From positions 19,158,001-19,222,000 of the forward strand of contig NC_090357.1 in NCBI RefSeq assembly GCF_035084215.1: a stretch of DNA of 64,000 bases, in the 5' to 3' direction. The first letter of the stretch is position 1, and each line of letters begins with the position of its first letter. The notes beneath the pieces are model-generated. The model searched no databases, was not told the DNA's origin, and saw only the letters and a list, made by a program, of their open reading frames with translations. Both the position numbers and the translations under genes were made by a program. The stretch comes from Heptranchias perlo. Its lineage: Eukaryota. Positions 13,620 through 23,000 of the stretch are shown piece after piece.

Positions 13620-13878
13620 TTTATTAAATGTAGAGGACAGAAAAGAGAGTACCAGACAGGTAAACATAAACGAGAGTATGTGCACGAAGGAACGGGGAGT
13701 GAGGTTGCAGCTTCTACCCAAAGGGCAACAGGATAATATAATTCTCAATTGCGCTTTGTAAACTACTGCTTAAATACTGTAAGGTATTGATTCTTGCTTG
13801 TGCTAAATAAAGTCATATGGCTATTGACCATTATGGAGTCAGTCTCGAACAATTGAACAGACAGTCAGATTAACTACA
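13620..13878 (+). repeat. 3' LTR (homologous portion; may extend left to TGTAAGG at ~13139)
   Basis: Direct repeat of 4924-5136 ending in TAACTACA. Confidence 0.75.
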
Positions 13879-14164
13879 GTATTAATATCATGACTATAAG
13901 AGGAGGGTAAAGGCTGGGTACACTGCAATATGTGACTCACCTCCTTCGCAGATGATATAAAGCTAATGAAGGTGGTAGACTGTAAAGTTGAACATGATAA
14001 GCTATCAGTCAGCTGTGGCTCAGTGGTAGCTCTCACCTCTGAGTCAGAAGGTTGTGGGTTCAAATCTCACTCCAGAGACTTGGGGCCCGATTTTACCGCG
14101 GGATGATTGATGTGATTAGCCGGCAGTTACGGGTTCCGCGCTTCTCAGCTGCGTGCCGGCGGCC

Positions 14165-14210
14165 TGCGCATGCGCATTGACGTCTGAGCGATGGTTGCGC
14201 TCTATTTAAA
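14165..14210 (+). promoter_or_regulatory. Putative Pol II promoter of the Harbinger Myb gene
   Basis: NRF1-type palindrome TGCGCATGCGCA (14165-14176), CRE-like TGACGTC (14178-14184) and TATTTAAA (14203-14210) upstream of ATG 14260. The TATTTAAAGGGGCAGTCC block recurs in copies A and C. Confidence 0.55.
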
Positions 14211-14259
14211 GGGGCAGTCCACCAAAGCCCCTCCAGCCACAAACTACACTCCATCAAGG

Positions 14260-16130
14260 ATGGAGGAGCACAGGGGTAAGGCTGCTCCCCGTTTCACGGA
14301 CCACGCCCTCCAGGTGCTGCTGGACGGGGTCCGCATGAGGAGGGAGACGCTGTTCCCCACGGATGGAAGGAGGTGCCCTGCCAGCGCCACCAAGAGGGCA
14401 TGGGAGGAGGTGGCCGCGGAGGTCACAAGCAGGGGAAACACCACCCGCACTTGGATTCAGTGCCGCAAGAGATTCAATGACCTCACCAGGTCCGGAAAAG
14501 TGAGTACACTAACACACTCTGCATCACTCCATCTTCCACATCACCTCAAACACCTCACAACCCCATCTCCACTGACAGCACTGCGCTCCCGCACCAATCC
14601 TCACAGCCACCCAACTATCAGCCTCACAGTGCCTGCACGTACCCACCGTCCCTGTCCCCACTCGACCACTACCACACACCCCAATGCCCATACAATGGGA
14701 TGGCCATGTGGCACACGCATCCTCCCATCCATCTGGCACACGCTCAACCCAATCACACCAATGCTTGAAGCGTCTCACATTGTAATCATCACTCAATAAC
14801 GTTTTTGTGTTTTGCCCTCACAGGAGAAGAGGGCCAGGAACGCACGCGATAGGGCACGCACCGGAGGGGGCCCGCCACACGAGATGGCCCTGACAGACGC
14901 CGAGGTCAAGGCACTGGAGATCAGCCGCACGCTGCATTGCCTGTCGATGGCGGATGGCGAGTCTGGTTCTGGCGAAACGGCCGGTAAGGGAAAGCTGGCA
15001 CTCATCACTCATGATCGTGAATGATCTTAGCATCACATGGCATATGCCGCACCGCCACATTTGGTCACATGCCTGATATTTCCCTCTGTTCTCTTGCAGG
15101 ACCGTCTGCGATCGACGTCTCGGTTGAGGGCGATTCCTCAGAGGACATGCCCGTCTCTGAGGGTGCATCGTCACACATGAGCCTTGCATCCACCAGCGCA
15201 GATACACACACCTCGGTGGGTCCCCCCCCTCAGCTAGTTGGGATTGCACATGGTGAGTCACCGCGCACACGTGAGCATGAGCAGACCCTGGTGGCAGGGT
15301 CAGCCGCGGAGGGTCCGCGTCGGTGGGAGCACTCTTCTCCAGGCTTTGCTCAGCCGGACCCAGATGCTGAACCCAGGGGGCCACCTGTCAAAAGGAGAGT
15401 CGTCGAGAGGCACCAGAACATTGCTGAGGTACTGGGAGAGGTGCCACGCGCACTCTCCACAATCGCACGGAGGATGGAGGAGTCCAACTCCTGCATGAGG
15501 GGAATGGTGGCACAGGTGCAGGAGGGTATCGCCGAGATAGTGTCGCAGGGACGTGAAGGCATCTCTGAGATAGTGTCGCGGGTAGGTGTGGGAACGTCTA
15601 CGGTGGAGGACAGGCTAGCCTCCCTCGAGCGTCACGCACAGCTCACCAATGAGTCCATCCAGGCCCTCACAACGGCTGTTCGGATTCAGGGTGAACAACA
15701 TTCTGCCGCCATCAACAGGTTGATAGATACATTGGAGGTGGCCTTGCAAGGTCTCACCCACGTCATCCAAACTGCCGTCCAGCAGGGTGGAAGGGGTGAT
15801 GTGGGCCTTGGCCATGAGAGGGAAGATGGTGAACGGGGAAATGGAAGTGTGGACGCTACTCAAGGCACCCCCAAGTCTCACCCGTTGCCCCCCTCTCAAC
15901 CAGTGCCCGCAATAGTCCATCCTCTCCAGGTGGCCGAGTCTGCCCCTGCACAGGTGCAGGAGGAGCAGTCTGTGGAGGTGCCCTCACGGGCACCGAAACC
16001 CAGGGGGCGTCGGCCCAAAGCATCTACCCAGTCAGGGCATGAACAGGAGCAACCTGCCACCACCTCTGCTGGAGCCACAGGGGTAGCACCACGTAGGGGG
16101 TCCCGAAAACGAACGCCTAAAGTTCCGTGA
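14260..16130 (+). CDS. Harbinger Myb/SANT-like DNA-binding protein, 476 aa, join(14260..14499,14824..14983,15100..16130)
   Basis: Continuous frame over canonical GT-AG introns (phase 0, then phase 1). Contains KAAPRFT...WEEVAAEV...RTWIQCRKRFNDL and the RTGGGP motif of the NAIF1/MSANTD type, and ends in basic RRGSRKRTPK. Confidence 0.88.
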
Positions 16131-16427
16131 GCACACAGGGATTGCACCAGGGTGTTTGTCGTTTTTTTAAAATTTTCTACTCTTTGAATGTCACCACAAA
16201 ATAAACTCACTTTTTCTCACCAATGCTGCCACCTCTTGTCCATAATTCTGCGGCTTGTGCAATATGTCCCTTCCGTGCGCCTCATCATGACGACGACCAC
16301 CCCGTCCCACCCATTGGGCATAATCCAGTGGGTGCAGGTGTACAGGCACCACTCTTCTGTGGAGGGAGCCTGTATGGACCCTCGTCTGTGCACGTTATGA
16401 CATGTGAACGCCTCACACAGTGTGATG

Positions 16428-17661
16428 TTAGGAGAACCGTTGGCATATGAGTGCCTCCCTGGCCTGACGAGCACGCAGGTGAGCCAGTGTTCGGCGCATG
16501 GGTCGTTCCTCCTCCTCTCCCTCTTCCTCCTCCTCCTCTTCCTCCTCCACCTCCTCCTCATTGTCGTCCTCAATGTGGGTGGCGGGTGTGCATGGGGCCT
16601 CCTCCAGCGGCACCCCTCTCTGTAGTGCCATGTTGTGCAGGGCACAGCAGACAACTATAATTCGTCCCACTCGGAGTGGCGTGTATTGGAGCGCTCCCCC
16701 GGAATGATCAAGGCACCTGAAGCGCATCTTGAGCAGCCCTATAGCCTGCTCAATTGTAGACCTGGTAGCAATGTGGCTGTCATTATACCGACGCTGTGGC
16801 TCGGTAATGGGGTTCCTCAGAGGTGTCATAAGCCACGTGTGCAGGGGATATCCCTTGTCGCCGAGGAGCCAGCCGTTGCCGGCGTTGGGTGCGTGGAAGA
16901 GGGGCGGGATGGTGGACTCCGAGGACGAAGGCATCGTGGCAGCTGCCAGGGTATCTGGCGCACACGTGTAGGAATCTCTGGCGGTGGTCACAAATGAGCT
17001 GGGCGTTCATGGAGTGATACCCTTTCCTGTTGATAAACAGCCCTGGCTCATGTGGAGGTGCCCGTATTGCTATGTGGGTGCAATCGATTACACCCTGCAC
17101 CCGTGGGAAGCCAGCCACAGCATGGAATCCAACCGCCCTCTCCGTCTGGCTGCGCTCATCCATGGCGAAGTTGATGTAGGTCGAGGCCCTGCGGAACAAC
17201 CCATCGGTGACCTGCCTTATGCACTTGTGTGCAGACGACTGACAGACCCCGGTGATGTCCCCCGTGGCACCCTGGAAGGATCCGGAGGCGAAGAAGTTGA
17301 GGGCAGTGGTGACTTTGACGGCGACGGGTAAGAAGATGCTGCTTGGTCCATCCGGGAGCAGCTCGTCATTGAGGAGGCTGCAGATGTCGGCGACTACCTG
17401 GCGAGTGACTCTGAGCCTCCGTATGCACTGCTGCTCAGAGAGGTCCATGAAGCTATGCCTCGGTCTGTAGACCCTGTGCGGAGGGTAGTGCCTCCTGCGA
17501 CGCATCTCTCTCTGCGGATGCCCTCCATCCTGCTGTGCAGGTGGATGTGCCGCAGCACCGTGTTGTGGGGATGCACGTCTCTGAGGCGGACGACGTGGAC
17601 TGCGAGGCTGCTGAGGCTGGTCATGCTGTTCGTCCTCCGAGGATGTCAACGCAGCACCCAT
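16428..17661 (-). pseudogene. Harbinger (HARBI1-type) DDE transposase, ~411 aa when repaired, broken by one 2-bp deletion near 16920
   Basis: ORFs 16783-17661 and 16428-16991 join at HDAFVL/ESTIPP, where copy D reads ctc-cgg-gag-tcc. Catalytic motifs IDCTH, LGDKGY and [15 protein letters not shown] are all present. Confidence 0.9.
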
Positions 17662-18589
17662 CTGGCAGGTTTAGGTTTGTGGGGTTGTGCACGCTAGAAA
17701 AGTGTGTCCTCGCACAGGGGTTGGACTTCCACGCCGGTGAATCTTCTTGCTTGGAGGAGGGTGGTGGAGGGCAGGCGTTGCCCAATGTTACGGAGTGTCC
17801 TCCTGCGTTGGTGAAGGCTCTCCCCCCCCCCCACCTGTGGAATGCACCTTGGCAGCTGCCACAGGCTGCTGGCTGCAACACGTCCGTTGAGAGTGTGAGT
17901 GTTTCCCCCAGTATGGGAAACAGTCTCATTTCACTGTAAAATCCCACACCTGTTAAATAAACAGCTCAATCAGGTCATTTAATGACCTGAAATACCAAGA
18001 TAAATACACTCAAGTGGAACCCCGCTGGCTTTAATTGCCTGCGGGATTCCCACCAGCGGGGCCAACGCACGCACCCCCGCACGTCAGCGCGCAACCCGGA
18101 AGTGGGCGGGATCGAGGCGCGATCCGGTCCCGCTCCTCGAAACCGGGATTTTAGAGGCCCCCCCGCCGAGAACGCACCCGGAACCGGGTGCTAAAATCGG
18201 GCCCTTGAGCACAAAATCTAGGCTGACACTCCAATGCAGTACTGAGGGAGTGTTGTACTGTCAGAGGTGCCACCTTTCAGATGAGACTTTAAACCAAGGC
18301 CCCATCTGATATAAAAATCCCATAACACCATTTTGAAGAAGAGTAGGGGAGTTCTCCCCGGTGTCCTGGCTAATGTTTATCCCTCAACATACAACACTAA
18401 ACCAGATTATTTGGTCATTATCACATTGCTATTTGTGTGACCTTGCTGTGCACAAATTGGCTGCAGCATTTCCCACATTAGAACAGTGACGACACTTCAA
18501 AAGTACCTCATTGACATAAAGCACTTTGGGACGTCCTGAGGTCATGAAAGGTGCTCTATAAATGCAAGTCTTTCTTTTTACAAAAGGAT

Positions 18590-19260
18590 TTGAATATACT
18601 TGGGAATTGGGCAGACAGGTGGCAGATGAAATGCAATATAGAGAAATGCAAAGTGCTTCACATGGGGACATAAAATCCAGGACAGGACTATTACTTAAAT
18701 TGAAAGAAAATAATGTGTCTGGAAAGCTGGTGGTCTTGATTGACAATAAATTGAAGCTATCATCATACTGCTCAATGGCAGTGAGTAAAGCAAATCAGAT
18801 GTTGGGATGTATTATTGAGCTGAAATAGTGAAGTAATCCTGCCACTGCATTAACACTGTGTACTGTTTTGGTTGCCTTCATATAAAAAGGATATTGTAGC
18901 TTTTGAAAGGATACAGAAGAGGGCTACCAGAATGGTTAAGGAGATGGAGGAATTAGATTATGAGGAGCAATCATGTAAACTGGGCATGTTCTCACTGGGA
19001 AAGAGAAGGTTGAGAGGTGTTACGATTGCTGTTCTTAGGATTCTAAAAGGACTAGATAAAAGGAACCGTTTCATCTTGTCCAGAACAGTAGACGACACGG
19101 CCTGTGCTTGAAGGGGGATAAATTCAAAACTAATCTGAGAAAACAATATTTCAGTGAGCAAGTGGGCAATCTATGGAACAGACTTCCTAGGGAGACGATG
19201 GAAGGCGATAGTGCTGCTTCATTCAAATCCATTTTCTTTCAGAAAATAGTATTTTGGGAT
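18590..19260 (+). mobile_element. Old CR1 LINE 3' fragment
   Basis: ORF 18872-19111 ERIQKRATRMVK...LGMFSLGKRRLRG. Confidence 0.75.
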
Positions 19261-19995
19261 ACATTATATGAGTAATTTAAGAGAAATGGTTAAGTGTCGC
19301 ATGCTTGGGAGGGACAGATGATTTTGGACCTATAGTTCCCAAAGCTTTCCACCACTGGGGGTTTTCCTTGCCTCATGTCTGGGTCTGTTGTAGCCTAATT
19401 GATAGAGATTGATTGTCATGATTAGTCAACAACTCTGTTATCATTGTATCATGCGACTACCAGGGTGATAGAAGGCGAATTAGGTAGTCCTTGGTCGTTT
19501 CTTCATGAAGCAATTCCTATGTTCCTCTGGGGGTCTTTAGAAGCAGCCAAATTATTGGTTAGCAACAAAAGGCAGGTGACTGAAGAACATTTTTGCCTGA
19601 TTTCTGTTTTTTTTAAAATAGAAAAAAGTCCAAAAAAATATGATTTTTTAAAAATTCATTCTATGGAAATAAATTATACACCCAAACGGTTCACTGTTAC
19701 TCTGAATCAATGGGCAATTGAATTGATCTGCACAAAATCAGTGGTTTCTGTGGGGAAGATGTGTCTTGAACATTTCCATTACACCATATGGGCAGTTACA
19801 CTGCAAAATGAAACACATGCATTTCCTCCCTACCTTCATCGAACCTGTTGATCTGTCATTTTAAACTTAAACTGAAATAAACACACTCTGGAAAGGAGAC
19901 ACCATTCATGATACAGGAATTATGACCAAAGAATTATGTATAAACGAGATGTTTTAAAGAAAGAAATAAACTGAACAGATTTAAGAGAACATCGA

Positions 19996-20053
19996 ATGGA
20001 GGGTATATTACTGCAGCTGATCTTGTTCTTTCTGACACAGACTGGTGTAGCAG
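19996..20053 (+). CDS. Leader (signal peptide) exon
   Basis: MEGILLQLILFFLTQTGVA-G, ending in the phase-1 donor CAG|gttagt. Confidence 0.75.
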
Positions 20054-23000
20054 GTTAGTGCTCTGATTAAATTCCGTTAATCCGATCGCTGTATTACATT
20101 TATTGGTTCAGACTGCAACTCATCTCAAATGTTTGCTGATGCTGAATCCTAAACATGTTAAGAGTAACACGACTGGATCATTCAAATAAAAGTTCTGTAG
20201 TCATTAATATAATTTAAAAATATTATTTTGATACAAAGTTTCTACTTAGGTCCTTATATGGTTTATGTTTTAATAGAAATAAAGTGATGGAAAATTCCTT
20301 ACTAATAAAATACAGAATTGGCCAACATTTACAATGCAAGGATTTTGCTGGAACTCTGTGTTGTAGATTGAAGTTCAGCAGGAGGGTCGGGTACTCAAAT
20401 CCTGAATGTTCACAATGTAACATGTTTTGTAGCTATATAGAGTCTTTAGGGTGAAAATGAATACCGGGTTATCATTCAACTTCTAACATATGTTATAACA
20501 ATGATTTCATTTGTGAACTGAGATTGAATACTATAAAATTCACATGAAAAACTATGAACATTGTGTTCCTATTTTTTTTTCCATTGTGATTTTCTTCATA
20601 ATATTACAGGTAGATGTGTGTGATCAGGTCTCAGGTTATGTTCAGCAGATGAGGTATTTTATCCCATAAGTATCCCGGTTGTTGGGGAAGTGACTGCTGT
20701 GTCTCGTCAGTGCCCTTGAGAAGACAGTCCGTCACATAAATTGTATATTTAATTATACTGCAAGTGAAACTGACTGGATCCATACAGTCTGGTACAGGGG
20801 CTTTATTTTAAGAGTGATGTAAGAATTAACAATTCCCCATCAATCTATCTTAAAGGGCAATAGTGTGGCCTGCAGTTCTGACATTGAATCAGGTATTCTT
20901 AGCAGCTGTGTGAGATTGCTGAAGATTGACACAGTTTATTTCCAAGAGTCTCATTACATATATATTATATGGTGATGATAATCAATGTCCATCTGGCTGT
21001 AGATAGAAGAGGACAAGGGATATGGTTAGAGATTTATAATTAGACAATTGTTTTTATAGTTAATGTCAAAGGGTGCTGTAATACCACACATATCACTCAG
21101 ACCTGTATCTATAGAGCATGATGGTCAGCCAGCAGGCCTGAGATACACTGCTGACTGCACCTCACACTGTAAATTAACTACAATGGAGCTGTATGCTTGA
21201 ACGTATGCACAGAGCTCTGTTCATGGACGATTCATTTTTAACATTAAAGAGCATGAACAGAGTGGTCAACATTTTCGAAACATGAAAAAGATTTTAAAAA
21301 GGCCTGGGTACTTTGAAAATGCGACTTTGCACTGGGTTGGAGTTATACTGCAACTCATGTAAACTTCAAACAGACACAGTGACTACCTACTGCACAATGT
21401 TTCGATTCTGGATTTACGTAGAATTACATAGAATTTACAGCACAGAAACTGGCCATTCAGCCCAATTGGTCTTTATGCTCAACGCGAGCCTCCTCCCACC
21501 CGACTTCATCTAACTCTATCAGCATGTCTTCTATTCCTTCTCCCTCATATACTTATCTAGCTTCCACTTAAATGAATCAATGCTATTCACCTCAACTACT
21601 CCATGTGGTAGCAAGTTAAATATTCTAACCACTCACTGAGTAAAGAAGTTTCTCCTGAATTCCTTATTGGATTTATTAGTGATTGTCTTACATTTATGAG
21701 CCCTAGTTTACTGATTACTGATCAGTGCCTCAATCTATCATCAGTGCTACAGTTTAAACGAAACATATAGATTGATACAGAATTGTTACATCATTCTTAA
21801 AGTTTATGAATTAACATCTGTGGTGACTTACAGCTACAAGTATTTAATAAAAAATATTGTAGGCTACAATTTAAAACCCCAGAGATGTCCTCCATATATA
21901 AGGTACAGCTTAAAAAAAAGCTATTCAAGGAATTAGATGACTCAGATAATGTAGAATGGGTGAGACAATGGACATTTTGGTCCTGAAATTCTGCAGAGGA
22001 GCTCCAGGATTTCCTGCTGTAATTCTGGCAAATCCCACCCCCCCCACCCCCAGGAAAATGCTGTTAATGGTTTAAAATGGCTGTGTATGCTCTTTCCCTG
22101 GGAGTTCCACCAGTCTCCCACCTGAGATACAGCAGGAGACTTGGAAAACCCCCCTTTCAGGGCCTTTATGGGTGATGTACCCAGATTCCAAACTTGGTTA
22201 CTTTTTAAAAGTTATGAACATTTTCAACAATAACAATATCTGCATCTTGGTGGGAAACTGTTGGCATTACAACCGGATAGACACATTTGGGTGAAATCAT
22301 GCTGTGCGATGTTAGAATTTTTCTTTGTCTTCATTTATAGAGGATATCACTTGAAGCCCCTTGGCCCTCTAGTTTCAACAAAGACTTTATTTTAAATGAG
22401 TTGACATTAAATAGTGGCCAAAGAAATTTTGTTCAAATACATTAATTCAGTTGTGTGCTAATACTACAGAGCACAAGATCACCCCTTAAGTATTTTGGTG
22501 GCTGATTTTCCAATATTTGGACAAGTAAATAAGTCAGGCTCTTCCTTTCTAGTTCTCATTAATATTCTTATAAATTTCCAGATTTTGAAATCATCCCCTA
22601 GAACATTTCACTCAGGGCGACCCGAAGCACTTTACAGCCAATTAAGTGCTTTTGAAGTGTAGTCACTGTTATAATGTAGGAAACATGGCAGCAGATTTAC
22701 GAAAAGCAATGATTTAATAACCAGATTATCTGTTTTAATGGTGTTGGTTAAGGGAAAAGCTTTGGCTAGGACACCAGGAAAATTCCCCTGATCTTCTTCA
22801 AATAATGCCACAGGATCATTTACATCCAGCTGAGAGGGCAGATGGAACCTCGGTTTAATGTCACACTCGAAAGACGGCACCTCCGACAGTGCAGCACTCC
22901 CTCAGTACTGCACTGAAGTGTCAGCCTAGATTTGGTGGTCAAGTCTCTGGAATAAGACTTGAACCCACAACCTTCTGAGTGTGCTACCACTAAGCCATAG

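Larger units (their letters stand above)
4742..13878 (+). mobile_element. Decayed LTR retroelement (ERV- or Gypsy-like), interrupted by Harbinger, L2 and CR1-tail insertions
   Basis: Direct repeats 4924-5136 and 13666-13878 both end in ACTACA and contain AATAAA. A tRNA-Arg-like PBS follows the 5' copy. A protease-like DTGPEVNIV lies at 12203-12229. Purine-rich aaagtggggac precedes TGTAAGG near 13139. The left boundary is uncertain and no TSD was found. Confidence 0.65.
14083..18204. mobile_element. PIF/Harbinger transposon copy B, full length (4122 bp), near intact
   Basis: Perfect 13-bp TIRs GGGCCCGATTTTA / TAAAATCGGGCCC. Exact 3-bp TSD TTG at 14080-14082 and 18205-18207. Convergent Myb and transposase genes. 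Confidence 0.95.
14006..18575 (+). mobile_element. tRNA-derived Deu-domain SINE (SacSINE1-like), split by Harbinger copy B into 14006-14082 and 18208-18575
   Basis: A box tggctcagtgg and B box gggttcaaatc on the left. Deu core gcagtactgagggagtg and L2-type tail tataaatgcaagtctttc on the right. The halves rejoin at ccagagacTTG|agcac. Confidence 0.8.

Noticed and set aside
14191-14799. Single-exon 202-aa Myb ORF as listed in the track (likewise 8072-8776 and 24415-24906)
   Set aside because: The ORFs read through a conserved AAA|GTGAGT-type donor into a His/Pro/Thr-rich intron. The spliced model fits all copies better.
16428-17661. Domesticated HARBI1/NAIF1 host genes
   Set aside because: The ORFs lie inside TIR/TSD-bounded elements present in several decaying copies, so they are transposon genes.
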